The position numbers and the translations under genes are program-made. The notes under the pieces were generated by a model. That model was given only the letters and a program-made list of their open reading frames with translations, did not search any database and was not told the origin of the DNA. A DNA stretch of 64,000 nucleotides from contig JAKQPY010000096.1 in the NCBI GenBank assembly GCA_029564465.1, positions 15,025 to 79,024 of the forward strand. The letters are read 5' to 3'. Within the stretch, counting starts at the first letter, position 1. Each line of letters opens with the position of its first letter. Below, one piece after another: positions 42,933-53,837 of this stretch. The stretch comes from Bacteroidota bacterium (lineage in GTDB: Bacteria > Bacteroidota > Bacteroidia > Bacteroidales > ML635J-15).

Positions 42933-43899
42933 ATAGCATGAATTGTTGTCCCTGTTTTTCAACCCGCAGACCAAGGGTTAAAGCAATAACATTCAAGACT
43001 TTATCGGCTTGTTCGTTTGTGAATGAGGAGGTAAGTCTCATTTGCCTGATGCTACTGTCGGCTATTCCGATTTGACATCCGTACGCTTTTTCGATAGCCG
43101 AAATAACATCGGGCAGGGGAGTGTTATAAAACGAAAGTCTGTTTTCGACCCAGAACACTTCGTTTCCACTTCCTGCGGTTTTAATAATTTCGTTGCTGTC
43201 AGCCTTGCACAAGGCTTTCTCACCCTTGTGAAGGCTTACACTGTTTTCGTCTTTATTTTGTTTCACCATAACAGAACCTTCTTCTACCCATACCATTACA
43301 TCACCACCGGGTTGGTTGCTGACTAAAAATCGGGTTCCCGTTACCCGGATTTCGGTGGATGCGGTTTTTACAATAAATGGTTTTTGCTTGTCTGATGACA
43401 CCTCGAAAAAAGCCTCTCCGTTCAAACTGACTTCACGGGTATTTTGACTGCCAAAATTCGCAGCATATTTAATTTCGGAGTTTTTATTCAGTGTAATCTT
43501 ACTTCCATCACCCAGTTGTGTATGGCCAATACTATCGGTAGCGGTAAAACTCAGCCACTGGGTTTCGACCCCCGATTTTTTACCAAGCATAGTAACAATA
43601 CCCACTGATACAATTATCAGACAGGTAACGGCTGCGGCATACAACAGGAGTTTGTAAGAAAATCGTGATCTACTATTGTTTGCTGAAATCTTATGTCTCG
43701 TTTTAATAAGGGCTGCCTCAGTATCGAAGGATTCTGTCCCCGAATGAGTCTTATAAATCAAAAGAAACTGCCTGTATAAACGGGAAAATCCAACATCATT
43801 GGCCAGACGTTGTTTTACCTCTTCAACCTGTTCTGCCGTAAGTTTGTCGGCAATAAAGGCAGCCAGTAAATCGTAATCGTATGTGTTTGGTTCCTGCAT
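42922..43899 (-). CDS. FecR-family anti-sigma factor
   Basis: Cytoplasmic N-domain, a single TM helix (LLLYAAAVTCLIIVSVGIVTML), and a periplasmic FecR domain (VSLNGEAFFEV...PFIVKTASTEIRVTGTRFLV). Confidence 0.8.
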   Translation of the reverse strand: MQEPNTYDYDLLAAFIADKLTAEQVEEVKQRLANDVGFSRLYRQFLLIYKTHSGTESFDTEAALIKTRHKISANNSRSRFSYKLLLYAAAVTCLIIVSVGIVTMLGKKSGVETQWLSFTATDSIGHTQLGDGSKITLNKNSEIKYAANFGSQNTREVSLNGEAFFEVSSDKQKPFIVKTASTEIRVTGTRFLVSNQPGGDVMVWVEEGSVMVKQNKDENSVSLHKGEKALCKADSNEIIKTAGSGNEVFWVENRLSFYNTPLPDVISAIEKAYGCQIGIADSSIRQMRLTSSFTNEQADKVLNVIALTLGLRVEKQGQQFMLYAE

Positions 43900-43932
43900 T
43901 TTATACTCTGACAGCTAAATTCATAAATACCC

Positions 43933-44490
43933 CTATTTGAATACCTCAAATAAATTAATCCCCATAATTATTATAATCGGCAAATAGTCCTTCAATTCTT
44001 CCCTGAGATGTTTCAGCGCGTGGCCCATTTGGTTTTCGACTGTTTTAACCGAAATATTTAGTTTATCGGCTATTTCCTGATAGCTCAATCCCTGATTCCT
44101 GCTTAATTGAAACACCTGGCGGCGCCCTTCGCTGAGCGAGTTAATGGCGAATTGTATTCTTTCCTGCAATTCAGCAACCAAAAGTGGGTTAACATCGTGC
44201 AATTCCGATTGACTATATTGCACTTCTCCGGCATATTTCTGTTGCACTTTTCGATGTTCGAATAAATTAAACACTGCATTTCGGGTCGCTGTAAACAGGT
44301 AGGACTTTATCGAAATTGTAATGTCTGTCTGATTACGTTGTGTCCAAAATCTGGCAAACAGGTCCTGAACAATTTCTTCTGCGTCTTCGGCGGTGCAACC
44401 CAACATACATGCATACCGGCACAATCTTGCATAGTAAGCCCTGAAAAGCTGATCGAAAGCAGCTTCAGCCCCATTTTTCAATTGTTCCAT
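43933..44490 (-). CDS. ECF-type RNA polymerase sigma-70 family factor
   Basis: Region 2 (AEEIVQDLFARFW) and region 4 (LSYQEIADKLNISVKTVENQMGHALK). The ATG at 44490 is preferred over the GTG at 44511. Confidence 0.8.
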   Translation of the reverse strand: MEQLKNGAEAAFDQLFRAYYARLCRYACMLGCTAEDAEEIVQDLFARFWTQRNQTDITISIKSYLFTATRNAVFNLFEHRKVQQKYAGEVQYSQSELHDVNPLLVAELQERIQFAINSLSEGRRQVFQLSRNQGLSYQEIADKLNISVKTVENQMGHALKHLREELKDYLPIIIIMGINLFEVFK

Positions 44491-44616
44491 TAACAAACAG
44501 TCTTCCACCAAGAAGCGATTTATTGGCGTAAAATTACATTATTTACATTAAGAAATTGATTCCGTTGAAATAAGATTTTCGAAATGAATTAAACCTGCCT
44601 GATTCCGGTATGTGAA

Positions 44617-45036
44617 TTATTTGCGGGGCTCTTCATCCAAGCCGTTCAGGTGATCCTCAAGAATTTGAAACAGGGTTTCGGAGCGAAGCGGTTTGCAGAT
44701 ATAATCGTCGAAGCCCAGACGCATGTATTTCGACCGGTCGGTGGGAAGTGCGTGCGCGGTTTGAGCAATAACCGATGCATTCGATTTCATCTCCTTCAGC
44801 TTATTCAAGGTATACATGCCATCGCCGTTAGGCATCTGAATGTCAAGCATAATCAAATCAATATCCGGGTTTTTCCGGCAAATCGAAAGTACTTCGTTCC
44901 CGCTGCGGGCTTCAACAATATTAACCCCCGTAACCTGCAGCAATGCCCGGTAGTAAAACAAAACATCATCAACATCGTCGGCTACTAAAATCGTCTTGCC
45001 TTTAAATAGGTTCTTGTATTTGTTTAGTTGCATCAT
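44617..45036 (-). CDS. single-domain response regulator (REC only)
   Basis: ILVADDVDD ... LIMLDIQMPNGDG ... VIAQTAH ... CKP. No output domain. Confidence 0.8.
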   Translation of the reverse strand: MMQLNKYKNLFKGKTILVADDVDDVLFYYRALLQVTGVNIVEARSGNEVLSICRKNPDIDLIMLDIQMPNGDGMYTLNKLKEMKSNASVIAQTAHALPTDRSKYMRLGFDDYICKPLRSETLFQILEDHLNGLDEEPRK

Positions 45037-45270
45037 CCTTCACTTAACTTGAATCATTTCTAGAATAGGTAACCCGTCCTCACAAATTTAGATATTAATT
45101 CTTACTAAAAAAGTCAAGCTTTCCTTTTTGTTTCCATAAAATAATAAAATTAACAGTTCATTAAAATTACCAATTTTATGAAAAAGATGTAGTTTTTTGA
45201 AAATCATTACATTATATTCGCACATGGCTTGAACCAAAGTGAAAAAAAATTGTTTGACAAAAAACTTAGT

Positions 45271-48021
45271 ATGCCACACGATAAACTATTGTCCGGAAGT
45301 GTAAGTGCGATTTGGTTTGATGAATATTATAAGCAATTCTGCGAAGACCCGGAAAGCCTGAGCAGCGACTGGCGCAATTTTTTTGCAGGTTTCGAATATG
45401 CAACCGAAAGCACTGCAATGGATGGTGGCTCCCATTGGGTTTCCAAAGAGTTTAAAGTAGCGCATCTGATTGACGATTACCGGAAGCGCGGTCATTTGTT
45501 TACACAAACCAATCCGGTGCGTACCCCCCGAAAATTTTCTCCAACGCTTGATTTTGTAAATTACGGCCTGAGCAACGAAGACCTCGATCAGGAGTTCGAA
45601 GCGGGTATGCTCATTGGTTTGGGAAAATCCAGCCTGAGAAACATAATTCAAAAACTACAAAAGACCTATTGCAGCAACATTGGGGTTGAGTATATGTATA
45701 TCCGCAATCCCGAGGTTGTCGAGTGGCTGACCACTTATATGGAAACTGCTTCGAATACCCCTGATTTTAGTGTTAGCGTTAAGACCGATATTTATAAGGC
45801 TATCGAAAAAGCAGTTGATTTTGAACAGTTTATACATCGGCGTTTCCCTGGGCAAAAACGCTTTTCGCTCGAAGGTGCAGAAGCATTGGTACCCGGCTTG
45901 CAGTTTCTTATCGATGAGGCTGTATTGCTGGGCGTGGAAGAAATAGATTTTGGTATGGCCCATCGTGGCAGACTCAATGTGCTAACGAATATTATGCAGA
46001 AACCCTATGAAAATGTTTTCAGGGAGTTTCTTGCAAAAGAATACAGCGAAAACGATTTTCTTGGTGATGTGAAATATCACCTGGGATACCAGAGCTGCGT
46101 CACGGTACAGCAGAAGAATATCGAGCTGAACCTGCTGCCCAACCCTTCGCATCTCGAGGCGGTAGGAGGGGTTTTGCAGGGTTTTGCCCGCGGTAATGCC
46201 GACCGTAAGTTTGGCAGCGATTTCAACAAAGTATTGCCGGTGCTGATTCATGGTGATGCAGCAGTTGCTGCTCAGGGGGTGGTGTACGAAGTAATTCAGA
46301 TGTCGCAACTCGACGGTTATAAAACCGGCGGTACCATCCACTTTGTAATAAACAATCAGATTGGATTTACAACCAACTACCTCGATGCCCGATCGAGTAT
46401 TTACAGTACGGATATTGGAAAGGTTACCCGATCTCCGATTTTCCATGTAAACAGCGACGATCCGGAAGCACTGGTGTATGTGGTGCAGATGGCGGTTCGC
46501 TATCGTCAGCGGTTTCACACCGATGTTTTTATCGATGTGCTGGGGTATCGTAAATATGGACACAACGAAGGCGACGAGCCCCGTTTTACTCAGCCGGAAC
46601 TTTATGATGCCATTGCAGCACATCCCAATGTAAAGAAAATATACGCTGCTCAATTGGTTGCCGAAAATGCATTCAGTCAGGCTGATATCATTCAATCAGA
46701 AAAAGTGGTTGTCGATACCCTAGACGCCGCTTTTACATTGGCAGGAAGTCAAAACAGGGTCGATTTTTTTAAATTCAATCGTGATAACCAGCCAGTTGAC
46801 AATGCCCTGAAAGCCGATACGACGCGTATAAAAGAATTGGCACAACAGATTTTCTCCTTGCCAGCCGATGGTGGTTTTATTCCCAAAGCATATAAAATAG
46901 CCGAAGCGCGCCTGCAACGTGCAGCTGATGATAAACTCGACTGGTCGATGTGCGAAATGCTGGCTTATGCGCAGGTAGTTACTTCGGGCAGGAATGTTCG
47001 GCTCAGTGGACAAGATTCGATCAGGGGGACATTTTCGCACCGTCACTCGGCATTTTTTATAAACGATACACGAAACCAGTATTTTCCGCTTAATAGTATT
47101 ACCGGTTACAACGATGCCAGATTCAATGTGTGGAATTCGCTGCTGTCGGAATATGGTGTGCTGGGTTTCGAATATGGTTATGCCCTGGCTGACCGCAATG
47201 CATTGGTTATTTGGGAAGCCCAGTTTGGCGATTTCAACAATGTGGCGCAGGTAATTATCGACCAGTATATTTCATCTGCCGAGGCAAAATGGGGTGTGCA
47301 AAATGGTCTGGTGCTTTACCTGCCTCATGGTTACGAAGGTCAGGGTCCGGAACATTCCAGTGCCCGTATCGAACGTTTTCTTCAGTTGGCTGTTAACGGA
47401 AATATGCAGGTGGTACAACCGGTAAGCCCTGCCAACCTCTATCACATCCTACTACAACAGGCGTCAAACCCGGTGAAGCCTTTGGTGGTGTTTACTCCAA
47501 AAAGTCTGTTAAGACACCCCGCTGTTACCGCTACATTTTCGGAATTAAGCGATAACACCTTCCGAAAGCTTTTGGTTGAATATCCCACCGATCCATCACT
47601 GGTGAAACATCTTGTGTTGTGCAGTGGTAAGGTATATTACGATTTAAAGGATAAACAGAAAGAACTCAATGATACCTCACGTTGTATTGTCGCTGTCGAA
47701 ATGTTACACCCATTCCCGTTGAAGGAAATCGAAACTGTAATAAACTCTTTTGAGAATCTGGCCGAAGTGCTTTGGGTTCAGGAAGAGCCTATTAACATGG
47801 GTGCGGCCTATTATGTGGTTCGCGAAATGCGTGACCATAAAACCCGTGTTGCTGCTCGACCGGCCAGTAGTAGTCCGGCGGTAGGACTTATGGAGCAACA
47901 TTTGCGTCAACAAAAAAAGCTGATTGATAAAGCCTTTGGTTTTTGTAATTGTGTGCGACGATACGATTTTTGCGATATGCAATGTTCAAATTTTGATAAC
48001 CACGAAACGCATGAAGATTGA
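45271..48021 (+). CDS. sucA: 2-oxoglutarate dehydrogenase E1 component
   Basis: About 915 aa. Conserved blocks are [61 protein letters not shown] and [22 protein letters not shown]. The ATG at 45271 is preferred over the TTG at 45229. Confidence 0.9.
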   Translation: MPHDKLLSGSVSAIWFDEYYKQFCEDPESLSSDWRNFFAGFEYATESTAMDGGSHWVSKEFKVAHLIDDYRKRGHLFTQTNPVRTPRKFSPTLDFVNYGLSNEDLDQEFEAGMLIGLGKSSLRNIIQKLQKTYCSNIGVEYMYIRNPEVVEWLTTYMETASNTPDFSVSVKTDIYKAIEKAVDFEQFIHRRFPGQKRFSLEGAEALVPGLQFLIDEAVLLGVEEIDFGMAHRGRLNVLTNIMQKPYENVFREFLAKEYSENDFLGDVKYHLGYQSCVTVQQKNIELNLLPNPSHLEAVGGVLQGFARGNADRKFGSDFNKVLPVLIHGDAAVAAQGVVYEVIQMSQLDGYKTGGTIHFVINNQIGFTTNYLDARSSIYSTDIGKVTRSPIFHVNSDDPEALVYVVQMAVRYRQRFHTDVFIDVLGYRKYGHNEGDEPRFTQPELYDAIAAHPNVKKIYAAQLVAENAFSQADIIQSEKVVVDTLDAAFTLAGSQNRVDFFKFNRDNQPVDNALKADTTRIKELAQQIFSLPADGGFIPKAYKIAEARLQRAADDKLDWSMCEMLAYAQVVTSGRNVRLSGQDSIRGTFSHRHSAFFINDTRNQYFPLNSITGYNDARFNVWNSLLSEYGVLGFEYGYALADRNALVIWEAQFGDFNNVAQVIIDQYISSAEAKWGVQNGLVLYLPHGYEGQGPEHSSARIERFLQLAVNGNMQVVQPVSPANLYHILLQQASNPVKPLVVFTPKSLLRHPAVTATFSELSDNTFRKLLVEYPTDPSLVKHLVLCSGKVYYDLKDKQKELNDTSRCIVAVEMLHPFPLKEIETVINSFENLAEVLWVQEEPINMGAAYYVVREMRDHKTRVAARPASSSPAVGLMEQHLRQQKKLIDKAFGFCNCVRRYDFCDMQCSNFDNHETHED

Positions 48022-49180
48022 AATTAAAATTCCCAGTCCCGGTGAATCTATCGAGGAGCTTGAATTGGTAGAGTGGCTGGTTGCCGACGGCAGTACTGTT
48101 GAGAAGGATCAGGAACTGGCGACTCTTGAATCGGAAAAAGCTAGCCTGATACTGGTGGCCTCCAGCACAGGAGTCATACATATTTTGCTGAAAGCACCCG
48201 CATTGGTTAAGGTTGGAAGTACAGCTTGTGTTATCGATGAGGCGAAAATTCCGGCATCAGGTTCGAACCCGGTTCAGAAATCCGTCGGAAGCGCCATAAT
48301 CTCCGAAAGCCATGTCGAAGTTTTTCAGGCCGAGTCTAAAACCAGGGTTTCTCCCGTAGCGCGCAAACTGGCTGAATTAAACGCAATCGATATTGAGAAG
48401 CTTGCACACCAGGGCGACCGAATTTCGAAAGCCGATGTGGTTAAAGCTATGCGCCGGAAATCGACTGAGAGCCGCGAAGAGAAAGTTCCCATGTCGCAGT
48501 TGCGTAAAAAACTCAGCGAAAAGCTGGTATCGGTACAGCTAAACACGGCCATGCTAACTACCTTCAACGAAGTTGATATGTTCCCCGTGCTCGAACTCCG
48601 GAAAATGTATGGCGAAAAGTTTCTGGCACAATATGGAGTGAAATTGGGACTCATGTCGTTTTTTACAAAAGCAGTTGCATTGGCTTTGAATGATTATCGC
48701 AATGTAAATGCGGCCATTAGCGGAAACGATTTGGTTTTTTATAAATACGCCGATATCGGTATTGCAGTTCAAACCAATAAAGGTCTCATGGTTCCGGTGT
48801 TGCGCGATGTTCAGGATTTGAATCTCCCCGAAATTGAACAACAAATATTTTTAATGGCCGAGAAAGCCCGAAATGCAAGAATCAGCCTTGACGATCTGAA
48901 GGGAGGAACTTTTACCATTACCAATGGAGGTGTTTTTGGCTCATTACTTTCTACACCAATTATAAACCCTCCGCAATCTGCCATACTGGGAATGCATACC
49001 ATTCAGGAAAGACCGGTAGTACGCGATGCACAGATAGTAATTCGCCCAATGATGTATGTGGCATTGTCGTACGATCACCGCATTATCGATGGCCGCGATT
49101 CGGTTGGTTTCCTGAAAACCGTAAAGAATTTAATTGAAAACCCCAAAGAACTTTTTGATTTCGGCTCTTTGGGGTCGTAG
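48011..49180 (+). CDS. sucB: dihydrolipoyllysine-residue succinyltransferase (E2 of 2-oxoglutarate dehydrogenase)
   Basis: N-terminal lipoyl domain (LESEKAS), a peripheral subunit-binding domain (VSPVARKLA), and the catalytic domain ending SYDHRIIDG. The ATG at 48011 overlaps the sucA stop by 11 nt. Confidence 0.9.
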   Translation: MKIEIKIPSPGESIEELELVEWLVADGSTVEKDQELATLESEKASLILVASSTGVIHILLKAPALVKVGSTACVIDEAKIPASGSNPVQKSVGSAIISESHVEVFQAESKTRVSPVARKLAELNAIDIEKLAHQGDRISKADVVKAMRRKSTESREEKVPMSQLRKKLSEKLVSVQLNTAMLTTFNEVDMFPVLELRKMYGEKFLAQYGVKLGLMSFFTKAVALALNDYRNVNAAISGNDLVFYKYADIGIAVQTNKGLMVPVLRDVQDLNLPEIEQQIFLMAEKARNARISLDDLKGGTFTITNGGVFGSLLSTPIINPPQSAILGMHTIQERPVVRDAQIVIRPMMYVALSYDHRIIDGRDSVGFLKTVKNLIENPKELFDFGSLGS

Positions 49181-49207
49181 TTTCTTCTAAAACCGAGTTT
49201 TCTATCC

Positions 49208-51262
49208 TTACTTTTTATTCAGGTAATCAACAGCTTCTGCCGCGGCATCAAGACAAGGTTTTGCACTAATTTCGGAGCCTACGGCGTTTTTCATCCAGAT
49301 TTGTGGTATTAATTTACCCTGCGAAAACATTCGGGTAATTTCGTTTGCTATATTCTTGCCTTCAACATAGTCTTCTATCTGATATTCAATAAGATGACCC
49401 ACCGGATAATTCGAGAGGTAAAGGGGTGCATCAATCATGTGCGAATAAATTGCCAGGATGGGGGAGTCCTTAACCCCGAAAACCGGAGCATAATATTCGT
49501 TCCATACCTTGATAGCGATATCGGTTACAGCGTTTTTCAATTGTTCGGGAGTGGCATCGGGGTTTTCGTACATCCATTTCCACACGCGTTGATCCACCAG
49601 GCTTACACCCATAATTTCGTACACCGACCAGCAGTTGTCGAGCGCGTTCAGTGCTTCGAGTTCTTCTTTTCCGGTACTGATTTTCACACCCAGTAATTCC
49701 AGATCCTTGGCCTGAAACAGGAACGCTACAGCTTCGGTAAATGCTGTGTTTGGAACGCCATGAAGCATGTAGAACGGTACGTTATGCAGGGTAATGGTTT
49801 GCTCTACACAATGGCCAAATTCATGAACAGCAATGTTGTAGCCTTTATAATCCATCCCATTGGCTCCGATACGGGTTCTCAAATGGGCATTGTAGGCTTT
49901 TCCTTCGGCTCCCCAGGCATGCCCGGCACCCCGTGATGCATCTACCGATATTTTTGATGAGATCCATTCGGCAGTTTGTTTGTCCCATCCCAGTTTAACC
50001 AATATTACCGGTAATTCTTTGGCAAAGGCCGCTTCATTTGGAAAGCGTTTTGTGGTAATGGCACTGAGTTCATCTTCGTTAATAGTACTACGTGATTTAA
50101 AGCCGTCGTACCAGATATCAAAAGGCTGCAAGTCGCGCCCTAACCGTGCTTTAATAATTCCGGCAACATCTTTCATTACAGGGGATGAAATATAATCGAT
50201 AAATAATTTTTCGGTTTCTTCGAGCGACAATTCCATACTGCCATCGAACGCGCGTTGAATGTAAGTTGGATATACCGGATTGTATTGATCCATGTCTTTC
50301 ATTGCCTTGAACACATTCAGAAGGTGCTGGTACCTGACATCCGTTTCGCGTTCCGCAGCAATCGACGCACCATCCTTATACACGGTATTGCTTTTAGGAT
50401 TCCAGCTTAATGCGTTATTGTTAATTACATCTTTTGGTATTGTCTGATTAATAATGTGCAGCATTACAGTGTAAATCAGCTGTTGTTTTTCGAAGCCCCG
50501 TTCCGCATTGTAGTTCGATTTCAGTTCGTCGCGGAGTCCCCAGTGGCTTATCAGTTTCATATCGGCAGGGAAGAGGTTCTCGTTTTTCTCGTTTACCAGT
50601 TTCCCCATCATAATATTATATTCTGATATATATGTGTCTGCATTGGTGGTTGCAACCGAAGCAGCCTGAATCAGCGATGCCGGAACACGTTGGGTAAACA
50701 TGTCACCCATTCGGGCGTACGCCCACTCCCGGGCTGTCCAGCTTTCGCCGAGTTGTTTTTTCTCAGCCAGTGTATAAGCCGGAAAGTTTAGTGCAGTGAG
50801 AAATGCAATTTTATTTTCGAAAAAATCATCCGATAAATGAGCTCCCGGCGAATAGGCTCCAAACATTTCATCAACAGGATGCAGTTCGCCCATATCGAGA
50901 TGCAGGGGCTCCATAAGGCCAATCACCATTTGGTTGTTGCCACCATAGAGTACCTCGAAATTGCGTTCCAGTTTAAGAAATACGGTATGAAGTTCTGCCG
51001 TATCACCTATAAAACTATTCTTACAGAATTCTTTGAAATTGTCGGTAGTACCATCGGTTTCCTGCCAAAGACCGGCAATTTGCTTAACCCCGCGCTCAAT
51101 GCGTGTTTTCTGATTTGGGAAACTGTCGCTAAGGGTTTTAATGGTTTCCTCTATGGTTTTTTGGCCTATAAAGGCAGCAGGGGTGGGGTTCTCGGTGGTT
51201 TTCCTTCCGCATGCAGCAACGAGCAGGCATATAATGAGTGCTCCCGGGATGATTTTTTTCAT
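49208..51262 (-). CDS. lipoprotein with HExxH zinc-metallopeptidase motif (family not resolved)
   Basis: Lipobox LLVAAC. HEFGH sits within YNIAVHEFGHCVEQT. 684 aa and largely helical. Confidence 0.45.
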   Translation of the reverse strand: MKKIIPGALIICLLVAACGRKTTENPTPAAFIGQKTIEETIKTLSDSFPNQKTRIERGVKQIAGLWQETDGTTDNFKEFCKNSFIGDTAELHTVFLKLERNFEVLYGGNNQMVIGLMEPLHLDMGELHPVDEMFGAYSPGAHLSDDFFENKIAFLTALNFPAYTLAEKKQLGESWTAREWAYARMGDMFTQRVPASLIQAASVATTNADTYISEYNIMMGKLVNEKNENLFPADMKLISHWGLRDELKSNYNAERGFEKQQLIYTVMLHIINQTIPKDVINNNALSWNPKSNTVYKDGASIAAERETDVRYQHLLNVFKAMKDMDQYNPVYPTYIQRAFDGSMELSLEETEKLFIDYISSPVMKDVAGIIKARLGRDLQPFDIWYDGFKSRSTINEDELSAITTKRFPNEAAFAKELPVILVKLGWDKQTAEWISSKISVDASRGAGHAWGAEGKAYNAHLRTRIGANGMDYKGYNIAVHEFGHCVEQTITLHNVPFYMLHGVPNTAFTEAVAFLFQAKDLELLGVKISTGKEELEALNALDNCWSVYEIMGVSLVDQRVWKWMYENPDATPEQLKNAVTDIAIKVWNEYYAPVFGVKDSPILAIYSHMIDAPLYLSNYPVGHLIEYQIEDYVEGKNIANEITRMFSQGKLIPQIWMKNAVGSEISAKPCLDAAAEAVDYLNKK

Positions 51263-51279
51263 AGATTGTGTTTTTTATT

Positions 51280-53292
51280 TTAAAACAATGAATTTATAAG
51301 TTTGTCGGAGGCCATGTTGGGAATGCTTATTTTTAAATTAGGATTTTTTTCCATTGCCCGTTGAATTGCAAACACAGCTCCTTCGTTTCGGGCCCAGCTG
51401 CGACGGCTGATACCATTGTTAACGTCCCAGAAAAGCATCATTTCGAGCCTGCGGTCAGCCTCATAACTGCCATCGAGTACCATGCCAAACCCTCCGTTTA
51501 TTACTTCGCCCCATCCAACACCCCCGCCATTATGTATCGAAACCCAGGTAGCCCCGCGGAACGAATCGCCAATCACATTTTGTATGGCCATATCGGCAGT
51601 AAACCGGCTGCCATCATAAATATTGGAGGTTTCGCGGTATGGTGAGTCCGTCCCTGAAACATCGTGATGATCGCGTCCAAGCACAATGGGAGCACTGATT
51701 TTTCCTTCACGAATGGCTGTGTTAAATTCTCGCGCAATTTCGATGCGACCATTGGCATCAGCATATAAAATTCTGGCTTGTGAACCCACAACCAGTGCAT
51801 TTTTTTTTGCTTCGCGAATCCATTTTATATTATCGTGCATTTGCTGCGAAATTTCGTTGGGCGATTCAGCAGCAAGGCGGGTCAGCACACCGAGTGCAAT
51901 ATTGTCGGTAGTGTCGAGATCCTCGGGCTTCGACGAGCAGCATACCCAGCGAAATGGTCCGAAACCATAGTCAAAGCACATGGGGCCCATGATGTCCTGC
52001 ACATACGACGGGTACCTGAATGAGATTCCGTCAGCGGCCATGATGTCGGCTCCGGCGCGTGAACTTTCGAGTAGAAACGCATTGCCGTAATCGAAGAAGT
52101 ACATTCCCTTGCTGCAGAGTGTGTTGATAGCTTTTACCTGCCGCTTGAGGCTTTGGTGAACTTTTTCACGGAAAATCTCAGGCTGTTCAGCCATCAATAG
52201 GTTCGATTCTTCAAGGCTGAGACCAACCGGATAGTATCCCCCTGCCCATGGGTTGTGCAGCGAAGTCTGATCAGAACCCAAATCAACTTTTATGTTTCGT
52301 TCGGCAAGCCGTTCCCACAAATCAACAACATTGCCCAGGTATGCCACCGACCGCGCCTGTTTTAATGAAACGTATTTCAAGGCGACATCAATGGCAGTGT
52401 CAACATTGTCGCTGATTTCGTCGACCCAGCCCTGCTCATGACGCTTGTGTGCGGCCTTAGGATTTATTTCGGCTGTAATGCTTACAACACCCGCTATATT
52501 TCCTGCTTTTGGCTGGGCTCCGCTCATACCACCGAGACCGGAGGTAATAAACAGCTTTCCTTCGGGGCCTTCGCCAGATTTCGAAATTTTACGGCTTGCA
52601 TTCAATACGGTAATTGTAGTACCGTGTACAATTCCCTGCGGCCCGATATACATATAGGAACCTGCGGTCATTTGCCCGTATTGTGAAACGCCGAGCGCAT
52701 TGAATTTTTCCCAGTCATCGGGTTTTGAATAGTTGGGAATAACCATACCGTTGGTTACTACACAGCGCGGAGCATCTTTGTGCGAAGGAAACAGCCCCAT
52801 GGGGTGACCCGAATACATCACCAGGGTTTGCTCGTCGGTCATGTTTGCCAGATATTGCATGGTGAGCAGGTACTGTGCCCAGTTTTGAAAAACCGCCCCA
52901 TTGCCACCATAAGTAATCAGTTCCTGCGGATGCTGGGCAACGGCCTTATCGAGATTGTTGCTTATCATCAGCATGATGGCTGCAGCCTGTTGCGAACGAT
53001 GGGGAAACCACGAAATATCGCGTGCGAAAATTTCGTAATCAGGAATAAAACGATACATGTAAATACGGCCATAGGTCTCCAGTTCTTCTTTGAATTCCTC
53101 GGCTAATACCGGATGCCATTCAGGTTTAAAATACCGTAGTGCATTTCGGATGGCTAGTTTTTTCTCGTCTTTACCTAAAATGTCTTTTCGCTTGGGAGCA
53201 TGATTTAACGAAGTATTAATTGTTTTTTTTGACGGAAGTTCTTGCGGGATACCTTCCAGAATCATTTGCTGAAACTGCTCTTTACTAATCAT
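51280..53292 (-). CDS. hutU: urocanate hydratase (long Bacteroidota form)
   Basis: Conserved blocks are GGMSGAQPKAG, LGSDQTSLHNP, GRDHHDVSGTDSPYRETSN and HNGGGVGWGE. Confidence 0.9.
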   Translation of the reverse strand: MISKEQFQQMILEGIPQELPSKKTINTSLNHAPKRKDILGKDEKKLAIRNALRYFKPEWHPVLAEEFKEELETYGRIYMYRFIPDYEIFARDISWFPHRSQQAAAIMLMISNNLDKAVAQHPQELITYGGNGAVFQNWAQYLLTMQYLANMTDEQTLVMYSGHPMGLFPSHKDAPRCVVTNGMVIPNYSKPDDWEKFNALGVSQYGQMTAGSYMYIGPQGIVHGTTITVLNASRKISKSGEGPEGKLFITSGLGGMSGAQPKAGNIAGVVSITAEINPKAAHKRHEQGWVDEISDNVDTAIDVALKYVSLKQARSVAYLGNVVDLWERLAERNIKVDLGSDQTSLHNPWAGGYYPVGLSLEESNLLMAEQPEIFREKVHQSLKRQVKAINTLCSKGMYFFDYGNAFLLESSRAGADIMAADGISFRYPSYVQDIMGPMCFDYGFGPFRWVCCSSKPEDLDTTDNIALGVLTRLAAESPNEISQQMHDNIKWIREAKKNALVVGSQARILYADANGRIEIAREFNTAIREGKISAPIVLGRDHHDVSGTDSPYRETSNIYDGSRFTADMAIQNVIGDSFRGATWVSIHNGGGVGWGEVINGGFGMVLDGSYEADRRLEMMLFWDVNNGISRRSWARNEGAVFAIQRAMEKNPNLKISIPNMASDKLINSLF

Positions 53293-53318
53293 AGTCGTCG
53301 CTTATTAAAAGGGTAAAA

Positions 53319-53355
53319 ATAAAAAAAACCTGTGGTTTGACCGCAGGTTTTTTAT
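53319..53355 (-). terminator. terminator between the lipoprotein gene and hutU
   Basis: AACCTGTGG (53327-53335) pairs with CCGCAGGTT (53341-53349). It is flanked by A8 and T-runs, so it could act bidirectionally. Confidence 0.55.
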
Positions 53356-53371
53356 TTGTTTTTACCTTACT

Positions 53372-53821
53372 TTATTCTTTAGTCATCGAAATTTTTTGGG
53401 TGATGTTGGTTTGATAGTCTTCGTCAAAATAGGTTCTTTCAATAGCCATTTCATCTTTATATAGTTTCAATATAGTGAATTCTTCCCATTCTTTCCAAAC
53501 TTGGTTTTCATCTTTGGCTCTCATTCTCAATGTTTCGCCATTATTTGTTAACTCCCATTCCGCTTCAAAAGATATGCGCAGATTAAAAAATACAAAGCTC
53601 GCAGTTCCAGTCCCGTCTTTTTCGAAGGTATATTTTGGGTCTAAACTCGAAATGTCTTGGGCTGTACCATTATTAAGGATTTCGGTTACAGTCCATTCAC
53701 CGGCCAGTCGGCTCTTCTTCGACAATAAACTGATTGACGGGCCTTCTTCGTAGGGTTGGCATGATGAAAATACGAATGCAAATACTGCGATTGCAATTCC
53801 GAAAATACTAGCTCTTTTCAT
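53372..53821 (-). CDS. small lipocalin-like lipoprotein (hypothetical)
   Basis: Lipobox VFSSC from ATG 53821. SLLSKKSRLAGEWTV motif. Paralog of 53838-54281. Confidence 0.45.
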   Translation of the reverse strand: MKRASIFGIAIAVFAFVFSSCQPYEEGPSISLLSKKSRLAGEWTVTEILNNGTAQDISSLDPKYTFEKDGTGTASFVFFNLRISFEAEWELTNNGETLRMRAKDENQVWKEWEEFTILKLYKDEMAIERTYFDEDYQTNITQKISMTKE

Positions 53822-53837
53822 AGGATTCTGTTTTAAG

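Noticed and set aside
47924-48010. Upstream extension of the sucB ORF
   Set aside because: The lipoyl domain begins at [16 protein letters not shown] (ATG 48011). The extension lies inside sucA in another frame.
47935-48021. Cys-rich C-terminal tail of SucA ([28 protein letters not shown]) as a possible metal-binding extension
   Set aside because: It lies beyond the conserved E1 core and overlaps the sucB start. It is most simply a non-conserved read-through to the first stop codon, and I cannot support a function from sequence alone.
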